Notes under the pieces: generated by a model
What the model saw: the letters and a program-made list of their open reading frames with translations, nothing else
Databases searched by the model: none
What the model was told of the DNA's origin: nothing
Position numbers and translations under genes: made by a program
NCBI GenBank assembly: GCA_046048135.1
Contig: JBJOGR010000009.1
Coordinates: 18,255-82,254 of the forward strand
Reading direction: 5' to 3'
From: Actinomycetota bacterium
GTDB taxonomy: Bacteria; Actinomycetota; Actinomycetes; S36-B12; UBA5976
DNA: 64,000 nt
In this document: positions 8,898 through 19,751 of the stretch, piece after piece
Numbering within the stretch: position 1 is the first letter of the stretch
How the letters are laid out: each line of letters starts with the position of its first letter

Positions 8898-10387
8898 TAT
8901 CTATTTATTCTACCTTTTAATACGGCTAAAACTATCAACAAAAGTAATAATAAATAACTAGTTATATTAATTATATCAATGTATCTAATTGCCGGAGTAA
9001 TTTCGGTAATCAACTTAACTTGGGCAAGATGTGATACAGGTTTAAATTCATCAGATTTCCACAAAACTTTGCCAAACTCATCTATATGAGCAGATATCCC
9101 TGTAGTGGCACTAACAACAGTTTGTCTACTTGCTTCAAGTGCTCTAAATCTTGTTATTTTGAACTGTTGTTCAATCTGATCAGAAAAAGCATACGTTGCA
9201 TTATTAGTATGCACACTAATTAACTCTCCCCCATTTATTATTTGTTTAGACAAAATGTCATTCCAAGCAACTTCAAAACATATAACTGGAGAGATTAAAT
9301 CATTATCTAATCTAAAATTAGTGATCTCACTTCCTTTGACGAAATCTTTAATCAATAAATTAAATCTAGATATTCTACTTTCCAAAACATTTCTAAAAGG
9401 TAAATATTCTCCAAAAGGTACAAGATGAATCTTTGTGTATTCATCTTCCTTATTATTAATATTGTTTTGCATCTTTAAAATTGAATTTTTTAAATTGTTT
9501 CCCTTAGTTAAAACTGCACCTGCAATGAAGGGTTTATCAATAGATTTTAGATGATCATTGAGAATTTTAGCTGCTTCAGCGTTAATGTAAGGATCGACAT
9601 CTATTGAATTTTCCGGCCACAAAACTGCGTCTACTTTCAATGATTCAGGTTTAGTGCTAAAGAATTTTTTTGTTTCTTCAACATGATTTTTTAATACTGC
9701 TAGTTTTTGCTCGTTAAACATTAAGCCAGATCTAGGAACATTACCTTGAACTATTAATAGATTCTTCTCTCCTGTTTTTTCAAAATTAAAACTTAATGAG
9801 TCTAGAAAAAGCACAAAAGCAAATATAGATACCCCAATAAATAAAGCTGGGAAAACAGCTTTTTGCAGTATGAATCCTATTAATGGAATTACAAAAATTG
9901 CAACAATAAATATCGATAAAGCAACTATTTGAGTTGATCCGTAAGGAGCTAATTTGGCAAAGGGTGAGTCAATACTTGCATAGGCAATTTTGGCCCAAGG
10001 AAAACCACCAAAAGGATAATCTTGAGTCAGCGTTTCAATAGCAATATAAACCAAGGCATAACCTAAAAAAGGAAGATAAGAATTTCTTAAAAAATACATT
10101 AAAATGCCGCTTGAACCATAAATTATTGTCATAAGTAAAGTCAATAAAATATAAGCATCTACTCCAATAGAAATAATCCAAATGATGTGTATAGCCCAAA
10201 AAACAAGACTGAATGAAAATGAAATGACAAGATAATCAGATAAAGACCTTTTATGAGTGACTCCCCACCAAAGAGCAAAAACAATTGGAATTAGAAACCA
10301 TAAATTCGAATTATCGTAAGTAAGTGCAAGAAGTAACCCAGATAAGGAACCTACAGTAATTTTTGTCTGAAGTTGAAGTTTATTCAT
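8897..10387 (-). CDS. lnt: Apolipoprotein N-acyltransferase
   Basis: Multi-TM N-terminus, PFGGFPW, and E-K-C triad motifs WPE / KIHLVPFGEY / ICFE. Confidence 0.93.
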   Translation of the reverse strand: MNKLQLQTKITVGSLSGLLLALTYDNSNLWFLIPIVFALWWGVTHKRSLSDYLVISFSFSLVFWAIHIIWIISIGVDAYILLTLLMTIIYGSSGILMYFLRNSYLPFLGYALVYIAIETLTQDYPFGGFPWAKIAYASIDSPFAKLAPYGSTQIVALSIFIVAIFVIPLIGFILQKAVFPALFIGVSIFAFVLFLDSLSFNFEKTGEKNLLIVQGNVPRSGLMFNEQKLAVLKNHVEETKKFFSTKPESLKVDAVLWPENSIDVDPYINAEAAKILNDHLKSIDKPFIAGAVLTKGNNLKNSILKMQNNINNKEDEYTKIHLVPFGEYLPFRNVLESRISRFNLLIKDFVKGSEITNFRLDNDLISPVICFEVAWNDILSKQIINGGELISVHTNNATYAFSDQIEQQFKITRFRALEASRQTVVSATTGISAHIDEFGKVLWKSDEFKPVSHLAQVKLITEITPAIRYIDIINITSYLLLLLLIVLAVLKGRINR

Positions 10388-11487
10388 TAAATTTCTATTA
10401 AATCACGGGTAGTTTCATTACAGCGAATGAATCCATTTTCAGTTTTAACAATTATGTCTTCGATTCTTGCACCAAATTTATTTTCAATGTAAAAGCCAGG
10501 TTCAATACTAAAAGCATTTCCAGTCACTATTCTATTTTTATTTGTAGCCACTATGTAAGGTTCTTCGTGAGTCTCTAAACCTATTCCGTGGCCAGTTCTA
10601 TGAGTGAAGTAATTACCAAGGCCGTTATCTTTTAAAATATTTCGAGCTACTAAATCTAATTGTTCTCCCGTCAAATCTTCTTTAGTCGCTTGACAAGATG
10701 CTTCTTGAGCTTGTTTCAATACCGAATAACTCGGATAAAAATCTTGTGAAGTCTTCCCAACGCTATATGTTCTAGTTGAGTCACTACAGTATCCAGTTGG
10801 CGAAGTACCTCCTATATCTACAACTACTACATCACCTCTTTCAATGATTTTATTCGAAGGTTCATGATGTGGAGATGCAGAGTTATGTCCACTTGCAACA
10901 ATTACAAAATCAACTGAATCATGCCCTACTTCAATTATTTGATTACTGATTATTTTGGCAACTTCTAATTCAGTCATTCCTGGCTTTATAATTTTTGATA
11001 TCTCGTTATGTACTAAATCAATCATATTACCGACTATTTTCAGCTCATTTATTTCATAATTACTTTTAATACTTCTAAGCGGACTCATAACTGTTGATGA
11101 ATTTAAAAAATGTGAATGGTTAAATATACCTTGAAAATTCAAGACCTTATCAGCAGTCATTTTTTCATCTATAAAAATATTTTCGTATTTATAATTTGAG
11201 AACAAATCGTAAGGATTACTACCTTCGACCCATGTTTTTAAATCAATCATGTCTTCATCAATTCCTGCATCTACGGCAGCCAATTTTTCTAATTCTGGAA
11301 CCACCAATACAGGTTTTCTGTCATTTGCAATTGCCAAGCAAGTTAATCTCTCTAAATTTTTAGCCTTATAGTTTGTTAAGTATCTTAGATTAGGTCCTGG
11401 TGTGACAAGTAAAAGAGAATTTTTGACCTTGCTCAATGAATTTTGAGCATTAAAAATTCTTTTTGACAATTCTTCTGTAGTTACCAT
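10387..11487 (-). CDS. Xaa-Pro dipeptidase (M24)
   Basis: Creatinase-type N-domain plus DIGG, SDSTRT, HRTGHGIGLETHE, EPG and RIED metal motifs. Confidence 0.93.
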   Translation of the reverse strand: MVTTEELSKRIFNAQNSLSKVKNSLLLVTPGPNLRYLTNYKAKNLERLTCLAIANDRKPVLVVPELEKLAAVDAGIDEDMIDLKTWVEGSNPYDLFSNYKYENIFIDEKMTADKVLNFQGIFNHSHFLNSSTVMSPLRSIKSNYEINELKIVGNMIDLVHNEISKIIKPGMTELEVAKIISNQIIEVGHDSVDFVIVASGHNSASPHHEPSNKIIERGDVVVVDIGGTSPTGYCSDSTRTYSVGKTSQDFYPSYSVLKQAQEASCQATKEDLTGEQLDLVARNILKDNGLGNYFTHRTGHGIGLETHEEPYIVATNKNRIVTGNAFSIEPGFYIENKFGARIEDIIVKTENGFIRCNETTRDLIEI

Positions 11488-11521
11488 TATTAATACCTTA
11501 TTACATAGATAGAATTAATCT

Positions 11522-12409
11522 ATGCCTGCGACAAAGTTTAAATGTAAAATCTTGGCCATAGACTTATCATCTCTTATTTTCAGATCCTTTTATGGTTTAC
11601 CAACATCTATTAAAGATTCTGAGGGTTTTGCGATTAATGGGGTTAAAGGTTACTTGGAAACTCTAATACGACTAAAAAAAATATACTCTCCTGAAATCAT
11701 AGTTCATGCAATTGATGAAGATTGGCGTCCGAAATGGAGAACAGATTTATTGCCACAATATAAAGCACACAGAGTAATTGTTGATAACGAAGAAGAAGTT
11801 GATGATGATCTAGAAAGACAGATTGAATTACTTCCCACTATTTTAAAAGAGCTGGGTATGCAGTGCATTGGAAAAGCCAATTATGAAGCTGATGATGTAC
11901 TTTCAACTATTTCAAAGCAGAATATTAATACGGTTGTCGTCTCAGGCGATAAAGATCTATTCCAAATAGTCAATAATAAAAGAAAAATATTTGTTCATCT
12001 ATTAGGTAAAGATGGTGGCAAAACTTATGATGAAATTGAAATAAAAGAGAGATTTGGTATTGAAGCCAATTCATATCTTGATTTCGCTGTTTTAAAGGGA
12101 GATTCATCAGATGGATTACCTGGCGTAAAAGGAATCGGTGAAAAGACAGCAGTAAGTATAATAAATAATTTTAAAACAATAGAAAATCTCATAAACAATT
12201 ACCAAAATTCCAAAGTTTTATCAACCAAACAAAAACAATCTATAGCTGAGTCAATCCCCTACCTTAAAAAAGCATTAAAAGTTGTTAAATTGAAAGATGA
12301 TTTGAAAATTATGATAAATAAACCCAAATATAAAGACACAGAAAATGTCAAAAAAAGATTAAAAAAATATAGGATAGAAAACCAAATAAATAGTTTATTA
12401 TCTAATTGA
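11522..12409 (+). CDS. 5'-3' exonuclease (stand-alone PolI N-domain, Rv2090-like)
   Basis: YKAHR, EADDV, SGDKDL and GDSSDGLPGVKGIGEKTA (H3TH) motifs. Confidence 0.93.
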   Translation: MPATKFKCKILAIDLSSLIFRSFYGLPTSIKDSEGFAINGVKGYLETLIRLKKIYSPEIIVHAIDEDWRPKWRTDLLPQYKAHRVIVDNEEEVDDDLERQIELLPTILKELGMQCIGKANYEADDVLSTISKQNINTVVVSGDKDLFQIVNNKRKIFVHLLGKDGGKTYDEIEIKERFGIEANSYLDFAVLKGDSSDGLPGVKGIGEKTAVSIINNFKTIENLINNYQNSKVLSTKQKQSIAESIPYLKKALKVVKLKDDLKIMINKPKYKDTENVKKRLKKYRIENQINSLLSN

Positions 12410-15044
12410 CGTTTGGTTCATAAGATACGACACCTTTATCAAGAAGTAAAATGGCATCTTCTGCTGTATTTGTGATACCTGAAATATTAAGTCGCTTTAT
12501 TTGACGCAATAAATCTATAATTTGTTTTACATTTCTGACAAAATCTCCTGGTGCAATTTCTGTTTTTTGCAATATTTTTTTCAGATTTACATCACTACAC
12601 CATTGTTTAATAATATTTGCCATACCAAAATGAGGACTTTTATTATTGATTATTTTAAATGTTCTCTCAGTTTCGATTATCTCGTCAGATAACTTTAAAA
12701 TTTGATTTGCATTATTCTTAATAATTTCATCAATATTTATAGGAATATCTAATTCGTCTCGTCTTGGATTGTAAACGAAACCACTAAGTAGGCAGGCAAG
12801 TTGCACTGGTGTGAGGTTATTTAATAAGTTTCGTCTTAATGACTCAATGATTAATAAGTCGAATTCCGAGTGAATTTGCTTCAAAAATTTACCCCACTTA
12901 GTAAGCGTCAATTTGCTATTATCACTTGTAATAAGATCTAGTTTCATTAGTAAATCAACAACTTGATCACACTTTTTACTTAAATTAACAAAATCGTTCT
13001 CTAAATGCGCCTCAAGAGACTTTATATAGTTTTTAGTTCTTTCTATATTTTCACCAAATCTTAAATGCTCTTGAATTTCAGGACATTTATGACAAATATG
13101 ATCTTTTAATCTCTTTTTAAATGAAGCTAAATCAGAATCATCATATGTTTTTTTGTTACGATTTCCTGCTAGCACTCTAATCTTTTTAGCATATTCATCT
13201 CTAATTGTCTTTTTTGAAAAATCGATTCCTGAAGGTAAATCAAAAAACCCAATGCTTCCAATATTACTGTCAAGAATTCGTTTATCAATTTTTCTTCCTT
13301 CACCATTATCCAAAACAACCCATAAATCGGAACTATTTTTTGAATTCGAAGTCTTGGTTATTAGGGCAAATTTACTTCTTCTCAAATTTTTTATTCCGAT
13401 GACATTCCCAGGATCTAAATTAATACGATTAGAAATAGATTTATTCTTGGCAGTTACATTATTACTTCTCTTATGGTAATTATTTATTTCCAAAATTATC
13501 GAATAATATTCTTTTATATCGCCCAAATGGCAATTGAACTCTCTTTCTTTTCGATTCAATTTTTCCTTTTCATAATCAATTTGTTCTGTAACATTTCTAG
13601 AATCTTTCTTTTGATAAAACTGGGCAAAACTTTTGTTTAATAGTATTTTTGTGTCACTAACATTTCGATGCTCTAATAAATTGAGGACCATATTATATTT
13701 TGGTTCAAAAGTTGAGGTTAATTCAAAAGTTCTAGATGAAACTAAATTGGCTATAAACTTAGGCTCACTGTGTGGATGAAATGCAATTATTGCCTCTCCA
13801 TCGACATCAATGCCTCTTCTACCTGCTCGACCAGTTAATTGGGTGAATTCTGCAGGAGACAACATCTCATGAGTACTACCATTCCATTTGTCCATTCTTT
13901 CCAAAACAACCGACTTTGCTGGCATATTAATTCCTACGGACAATGTTTCAGTAGCAAAAACCAATTTCAAAAGACCTTTTTGAAATAAATACTCAGCTGC
14001 TTCTTTCATTTGTGGAATTAGGCCAGCATGATGACTACTAAATCCTCTAATCGCACAATCTATCCATTCATCGACTCTTAATGCCGACCAGTCAGAAGCC
14101 TCAATATCGTCAAATCTATTTTGTAAGTACTTTTTTATTTCAAATCTTTCGTCCTCATTTGTCAGTTTTACATTACTTTTTCTAATCTGTTCTACAGCTT
14201 GATCACAGCCTTTACGGCTAAAAATAAAATATATTGAAGGCAATAATTCATAGTCTTTTATATTTTCAACTATTTCAACCCTTGTTGGAATCTCAGATTT
14301 TACATGCGATTTAGTAAAACTTCTTTTATAGAGATTTAAAACTTTCTTATTTATTTGTCCTTCTTCATTTGAAAATAGAGGTATCAAAGCATTGCTAGTT
14401 GCAATTAATTGACTAAGTGGAACGGGTCTTTTCTCTTCGATTACGAATTTACATTCTCCCCTTATTTCATGTAACCAATCAGCAAAATCTTCAACGTTAC
14501 TTACTGTTGCGGACAAAGCTACGATTTTTACATTTTTATTTAGTAAGATTAAGATTTCTTCCCAGACCACTCCCCTTTCTTTATCTGCAAGAAAATGAAC
14601 TTCGTCAAGGATTGCAACTCCTAATTGCTCAATTTTTTCCGGAGTTTGATAAATCATATTTCTTAACACTTCAGTAGTCATAACTACAATTGAGGCATCC
14701 TGATTTATCGCATTGTCTCCAGTAAGAAGTCCCACTTGATCGGATCCAAATCTTTCTACAAATTCCAAATACTTTTGGTTGGATAATGCTTTTAAAGGTG
14801 TGGTATAAAAAGTTCTTTGATTATTTCTATTTACATGAAAGACAGCAAATTCACCAACAATTGTTTTTCCAGAACCAGTAGGGGCAGCTACTACTACCGA
14901 ATTGCCTTGTAAAAAGTACTCAATTGCCTCAACTTGAAATCTATCTAATTCAAAAGACAGACCCATTTTAAATTCATTAAAAATGTCCAAATCCGAGTGA
15001 GAGACTCCTTTAAAACTATTTAGTTTTGTAGAATATTTATTCAA
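12402..15044 (-). CDS. helY: Ski2-like RNA helicase HelY
   Basis: APTGSGKT, PLKALSNQK, DEVH, SAT and QLTGRAGRRG motifs; C-terminal GDFVR (DSHCT). Confidence 0.93.
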   Translation of the reverse strand: MNKYSTKLNSFKGVSHSDLDIFNEFKMGLSFELDRFQVEAIEYFLQGNSVVVAAPTGSGKTIVGEFAVFHVNRNNQRTFYTTPLKALSNQKYLEFVERFGSDQVGLLTGDNAINQDASIVVMTTEVLRNMIYQTPEKIEQLGVAILDEVHFLADKERGVVWEEILILLNKNVKIVALSATVSNVEDFADWLHEIRGECKFVIEEKRPVPLSQLIATSNALIPLFSNEEGQINKKVLNLYKRSFTKSHVKSEIPTRVEIVENIKDYELLPSIYFIFSRKGCDQAVEQIRKSNVKLTNEDERFEIKKYLQNRFDDIEASDWSALRVDEWIDCAIRGFSSHHAGLIPQMKEAAEYLFQKGLLKLVFATETLSVGINMPAKSVVLERMDKWNGSTHEMLSPAEFTQLTGRAGRRGIDVDGEAIIAFHPHSEPKFIANLVSSRTFELTSTFEPKYNMVLNLLEHRNVSDTKILLNKSFAQFYQKKDSRNVTEQIDYEKEKLNRKEREFNCHLGDIKEYYSIILEINNYHKRSNNVTAKNKSISNRINLDPGNVIGIKNLRRSKFALITKTSNSKNSSDLWVVLDNGEGRKIDKRILDSNIGSIGFFDLPSGIDFSKKTIRDEYAKKIRVLAGNRNKKTYDDSDLASFKKRLKDHICHKCPEIQEHLRFGENIERTKNYIKSLEAHLENDFVNLSKKCDQVVDLLMKLDLITSDNSKLTLTKWGKFLKQIHSEFDLLIIESLRRNLLNNLTPVQLACLLSGFVYNPRRDELDIPINIDEIIKNNANQILKLSDEIIETERTFKIINNKSPHFGMANIIKQWCSDVNLKKILQKTEIAPGDFVRNVKQIIDLLRQIKRLNISGITNTAEDAILLLDKGVVSYEPNVN

Positions 15045-15907
15045 ACTAGTAGTACTTTCAATGATTGCGGTTCAATTTTTATGACCACTGGTCCCTCTGG
15101 AAGAGATTCGCCATCAGCTTGAGACCGTAAAACACCTTTAATGCTGTCAACTTTTATTTCTTTAGTCACAAATTCTCTAAATTCAGGTCTTGAATAATGT
15201 TTTCTTAATATCAATAGTAAGAAAAGATATATCAGTTTAAATTTATTTACCCTGTTGACTAATATTAAATAAAGTTTATCGTCTAAAGCCGAGGCTTTAT
15301 TACTTATCATTAAACCTCCGCCAAAGCTTGGAGTATTTGCAATTATTGCCAATGAATATTCGCCCTCTTCAAAAAAAGAATCGCTTTCAATCTTTAAGGT
15401 TTCGTAATGTCTTCCAAAAAGTGAAAGTACTGTTGCAATGGAGTATTTATATTTTCCAAATGCTCTAGGCAACTTGTTTGCCAATCTATTGACTCGAGCC
15501 TCAAAACCAAAGCAAGCAATAGTGAGTCTTCTTTCTTTTTCATTAATCAGCATTGTTGATGTTTTGAAAATGTCAAACTTTTCTACAATTTTTAGTATTT
15601 CTTCAATATTTACAGATGCCCCTATTGACTTCGAAAAATCATTACCTGAACCATTTGGGATGACTAAAACAGGTTTATCATATTCAATTAAGTAATTGCT
15701 AAAATACGAAACCGTACCATCTCCAGCGATAATTATTATTAAATCATTTTCTGGAATTAAGCTAACCACTTCATACATAGATTGGACGTTTGAAACTTCA
15801 ATAAATTTTGTATTTCCTTTCTCCTTTAATTTAGTTTTTAGATCATAAACGTATTTTGTATCTGATTTTGGACCACTTTTAGTATTATGAATCATTAATA
15901 TATTCAT
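15041..15907 (-). CDS. Diacylglycerol/lipid kinase family protein
   Basis: AGDGT, P.GSGNDF, N..SFGGG and ADGE motifs. Confidence 0.88.
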   Translation of the reverse strand: MNILMIHNTKSGPKSDTKYVYDLKTKLKEKGNTKFIEVSNVQSMYEVVSLIPENDLIIIIAGDGTVSYFSNYLIEYDKPVLVIPNGSGNDFSKSIGASVNIEEILKIVEKFDIFKTSTMLINEKERRLTIACFGFEARVNRLANKLPRAFGKYKYSIATVLSLFGRHYETLKIESDSFFEEGEYSLAIIANTPSFGGGLMISNKASALDDKLYLILVNRVNKFKLIYLFLLLILRKHYSRPEFREFVTKEIKVDSIKGVLRSQADGESLPEGPVVIKIEPQSLKVLLV

Positions 15908-16788
15908 GTGAATCTTTTAATATCATCTCTTACTTGAGAACTAATTTCATCAATTATTTTGCTATTTGCTTCAATTCTTATTTTTGGGCCCAAAGTATAA
16001 ATCAAGGTCTTTACAAAGCTTGAATCAAAAAAATCAAGTTTAAACTCGTAAAAAGATTCAACCTGTTTAATTTCACTGATATTGTACTTATCTAAAATTC
16101 TTTTTTTCCAATAAGGCACAATAATTCTCAAACTCGAAGGCACATTTTTTGTATCCATTTCTTCTATCTCATTATATTTTTGATCAGTAGCTTCTACTTT
16201 TAAAATACGATCAAGTCTGTAACTTTTAGTCTGATTAAAATTACAGTCTATACCTTTTAAATACTTAAAATCTCCATGTTGTTCGATTGAAATAGGCTTT
16301 ACTAATATTTTCTCTTTGACATTATTTCGGGCATCAATATAGTCAATCTGCATTAAAATATCGTTATTTAAATTCTTTTTCAAATTTTCAATTATAGAAT
16401 TATAGTCAATTTCAACATCACTTTTTGATTCATAAAATAAATCGGTAATTTTTTTAGAAAGGTTTTTCAATAATAGATTGGTTGGATCACTTTGTACCAA
16501 AAGATTAAGTGATGACAATAAAATCATTAGTTCCTCAGGTGTAAATTGAATAGAATTGTCATGATTTTGACTGTCAACTACAGTAATCATTTCCTCTGAA
16601 ATTTGAATGTCAACTAGATCTCCACCAAACTGACTTGGGCCAACAAAAGTCAGCAAAGTTAAATCCTGAATTGCCTGATCTTTAGTTATTGCAAATGTGC
16701 CACAAAATTGATCTAGAGTTATGGATCTTCTACTCGATAACCAAGGCAGTTCTAGAATTAGTCGTTTAAGTCTTTCAGAATTATCCAT
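15904..16788 (-). CDS. pafC: WYL-domain transcriptional activator PafC
   Basis: N-terminal HTH (DL.LL..VG), WYL motif YRLDRI; follows pafB. Start placed at the MDNSERL Met rather than at 16800. Confidence 0.82.
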   Translation of the reverse strand: MDNSERLKRLILELPWLSSRRSITLDQFCGTFAITKDQAIQDLTLLTFVGPSQFGGDLVDIQISEEMITVVDSQNHDNSIQFTPEELMILLSSLNLLVQSDPTNLLLKNLSKKITDLFYESKSDVEIDYNSIIENLKKNLNNDILMQIDYIDARNNVKEKILVKPISIEQHGDFKYLKGIDCNFNQTKSYRLDRILKVEATDQKYNEIEEMDTKNVPSSLRIIVPYWKKRILDKYNISEIKQVESFYEFKLDFFDSSFVKTLIYTLGPKIRIEANSKIIDEISSQVRDDIKRFT

Positions 16789-17695
16789 GGACTGCCTCAT
16801 AGATTTTTTTTAGTTCAGACACAACCGTTTCTTTTAATTTCTCATCAAATATTTCCTCAATAACTTGTAAAAATGGAAGTAAAAATCTAGCACTTGCTAC
16901 ATAGTTATAAACGAGAATTTCAATTGTGTCTTTTGAAACTCTAACTCCTTTGAGAATATTCTCGTAGTACTCTGTATTATTTTTTAATTTAATTTTTACT
17001 ACCTTGGGAGATTCTTCAGTTGTTTCATCATTTAGTAATTTTGAGAATTTTTGTTCTAGGACAACTAAATCAGTAATATTTTCAATTCTATAAGTTTTAA
17101 TTTTTTTCTCCTTGAGGTCAAAAGCTTTCAAGAAAATTTCTCGATTTTGATTCAATATTTGAATTGGTTGAATTCTTCTCCATATCGGCTCATCCTGGTG
17201 AGCGCTTAAATAGAAAATTTCTATCTCTTGTCTTGAGATTATTGCTTTCAATACTTTTTGATGAATATCTAATAATGAAGACTGTATTTTTAATTCAACA
17301 AGTTCTTCAAAATCCGTATTTGAGATTCCGATCTTTCTAAATATATTATCTTTATTTGAAATTATATTATTTTCATTCCATAGACTTAAGGAATATTTTA
17401 AAGTTAGTCTCTCCTCGTCACTTAACTCAATTTTTTTTGAGATAAAGGTTTCTTTATCTATCAAATATCCAATTTCATCATCAAAGAGAGCATCTGTATT
17501 AACTGCACTAATTCTTATACCATTTTTCCGTAGGTCGTCTTTATCGCGTTCAAACATTCTCTCGAATGCTTTATCAGATTCATTATTTCTATAATCCAAG
17601 ATCTTATTCTTTATTTCTTGTCTTGTGACAGGTCGATTTGAGTTCAACAAAATAAAGAAAAGATTTAATTGTCTTTCAATTTTTGAATCGTTCAT
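16781..17695 (-). CDS. pafB: WYL-domain transcriptional activator PafB
   Basis: KIERQLNL and AFERMFERDKDDLR HTH motif; follows pafA. Confidence 0.9.
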   Translation of the reverse strand: MNDSKIERQLNLFFILLNSNRPVTRQEIKNKILDYRNNESDKAFERMFERDKDDLRKNGIRISAVNTDALFDDEIGYLIDKETFISKKIELSDEERLTLKYSLSLWNENNIISNKDNIFRKIGISNTDFEELVELKIQSSLLDIHQKVLKAIISRQEIEIFYLSAHQDEPIWRRIQPIQILNQNREIFLKAFDLKEKKIKTYRIENITDLVVLEQKFSKLLNDETTEESPKVVKIKLKNNTEYYENILKGVRVSKDTIEILVYNYVASARFLLPFLQVIEEIFDEKLKETVVSELKKIYEAVHG

Positions 17696-19063
17696 TCAAA
17701 GTATTCCAATTAATTCATTAACTCGTTCATCGACTGACTTAAAAGGATCTTTACACACTACAGTTCTTTGATTCTGATCGTTTATTTTAAGATGCACCCA
17801 GTCAACTGTGTAATCTCTTTTCTTCTCCTGAGCTTTCTTGATAAATTCTCCCCTCAGTCGAGCACGTGTATTCTCTGGTGCAAAATCAATTGCGCGATTG
17901 ATTTTATCTTCACTTACCATTTTGTTGACTAGTCCATTTTTTTCCAAAATAAAGAAGATTCCTCGATCTCTTCTTATATTATGAAAAGAAATATCAATTA
18001 GGATCATTCTTGCATCACTATTTCTCAAATTATTCTTGTTTTGGTATTGATCCATAAACTTTTTTTTGATTACCCAATCAATATCTTTATCGACCTGGGT
18101 AAAATCATTTTTTCTAGCGCTATCAATAAAAGATTGCCAAAGTTTAAGTGCCTTTAAATAATTAATATTTTCGTTAAATTCTGAGATTAGTGATGAATTC
18201 AGTATAGAATTTAGATATATTTCCTGCATATCTAATGCAGAGATTTCTTTACCGCTTGATAGTCGAAATTTCTTCGAAAATGTTAAATCACTTGATATTT
18301 CTCTTAAGGCTCTTATTGGGTTTTCTATAGAGTATTCTTCATTTATTTGACCAATCTCAATTAATTGCAGAATCATCTCAGTCGAAGAAATCTTCAGATT
18401 GGTTGTAGCTTGACTCATATTTGAATCACCAACTATTACATGTAATCTTCTATATTCTTCTGGATCTGCATGCGGTTCATCCCGTGTATTAATAATCGGT
18501 CTAGATCTTGTGGTTGCGCTCGATATAGATTCCCACATGTGATCTGATCTTTGACTTATTTGAAAATTTTGATTTTTGTTATTTGCTAACCACTTTCCAG
18601 CTCCTGTATAGATTTGTCTAGTAATGAGAAAAGGGATAATAGATTCTGTAACTTTTTGAAAGTTAAACTTTCTGCTTATTGAATAATTTTCATGACATCC
18701 GTAACTATTACCAGCTGCATCTATATTATTTTTAAACAAATGGATTTGACCAAGAATACCTTCGTTATTTAATCTATTTTCTGCTTCAATAGCCAGTTCT
18801 TCTACGATTCGATCTCCAGCCTGATCCTGGCAAATTAAATCCAATACATTGTCACATTCAGCAGTTGCATATTCTGGATGAGATCCAACATCTAAATACA
18901 ATCTTCCACCGTTTGGAAGAAAAACATTAGAAGATCTTCCCCAAGCAACTACTCTGCGAAATAGATAACGGGCAACTTCATCTGGAGATAGCCTTCGTTG
19001 GCCATCAACAACACAAGTAACTCCGTATTCTGTTTCAAGACCAAGAATTCTTTTATTAAGCAT
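17696..19063 (-). CDS. pafA: Pup-protein ligase
   Basis: RILGLETEYG, RLYLDVGSHPEYAT, GCHENY, RPIINTRDEPHAD, VDWVHLK...CKDPF. Confidence 0.97.
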   Translation of the reverse strand: MLNKRILGLETEYGVTCVVDGQRRLSPDEVARYLFRRVVAWGRSSNVFLPNGGRLYLDVGSHPEYATAECDNVLDLICQDQAGDRIVEELAIEAENRLNNEGILGQIHLFKNNIDAAGNSYGCHENYSISRKFNFQKVTESIIPFLITRQIYTGAGKWLANNKNQNFQISQRSDHMWESISSATTRSRPIINTRDEPHADPEEYRRLHVIVGDSNMSQATTNLKISSTEMILQLIEIGQINEEYSIENPIRALREISSDLTFSKKFRLSSGKEISALDMQEIYLNSILNSSLISEFNENINYLKALKLWQSFIDSARKNDFTQVDKDIDWVIKKKFMDQYQNKNNLRNSDARMILIDISFHNIRRDRGIFFILEKNGLVNKMVSEDKINRAIDFAPENTRARLRGEFIKKAQEKKRDYTVDWVHLKINDQNQRTVVCKDPFKSVDERVNELIGIL

Positions 19064-19064
19064 T

Positions 19065-19751
19065 TCAAGAAATAATCTGACTTAAATCACTTTGACTTAA
19101 TCTAACAAATTTTCGACCTTGTTTCATTCTATCTAGAACCGCTACCTCAATCGATTCATTTGTAATTTTTTTATCAGAAGCTGAAGCTTCATTTAATATT
19201 TTGAGTGATAACTTAATGGCTTCTTTTGATTCAATATTTTTATTCCAACTTGCCTTGAGTAAATCATTTATTTTTTCACTATCACCACCTATGGCAATGA
19301 AATTTTTTTCGTCAACTACAGAACCATCAAATGTTAATCTGTAAATTTCATCACTTTCCATTAATGAACCAATTTCTGCTACTAACAATTCGACCTCTAA
19401 AGGTTTTAAAGCGTCAGTGAAAACTGTTCCTAAAGTTTGGGCATAAGCATTCGCAAGACTTCTTGCAGATACATCACTTCTGTCATATGCATATCCTCTA
19501 AGATCAGCAAATCTAATTCCAGATACTCTTAAATTCTCAAATTCGTTATATTTACCAACCGCAGCAAATCCAATACGATCATAAATTTCACTTATTTTAT
19601 GCAAAGCTTTAGAAGGATTCTCAGCAACAAAAACTATTGCGTCTTTGGCTTGAATTAAAACAACACTTTTACCGCGCGCTATACCTTTTCTAGCAAAATC
19701 TGCCTTATCTCTTGTGATCTGTTCTGGTGAAACATAAAAAGGAACTGTCAT
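19065..19751 (-). CDS. prcA: 20S proteasome alpha subunit
   Basis: PFYVSPEQ..RDKADFARKGIARG, HKISEIYDRI. Confidence 0.97.
   Translation of the reverse strand: MTVPFYVSPEQITRDKADFARKGIARGKSVVLIQAKDAIVFVAENPSKALHKISEIYDRIGFAAVGKYNEFENLRVSGIRFADLRGYAYDRSDVSARSLANAYAQTLGTVFTDALKPLEVELLVAEIGSLMESDEIYRLTFDGSVVDEKNFIAIGGDSEKINDLLKASWNKNIESKEAIKLSLKILNEASASDKKITNESIEVAVLDRMKQGRKFVRLSQSDLSQIIS

Noticed and set aside
8181-10387. lnt and ppm1 as a frameshifted fusion gene
   Set aside because: A TAATG stop-start overlap with two complete ORFs; the split form is normal outside M. tuberculosis.
15904-17695. WYL proteins as markers of a defence island
   Set aside because: They are pafB and pafC in their canonical position after pafA.
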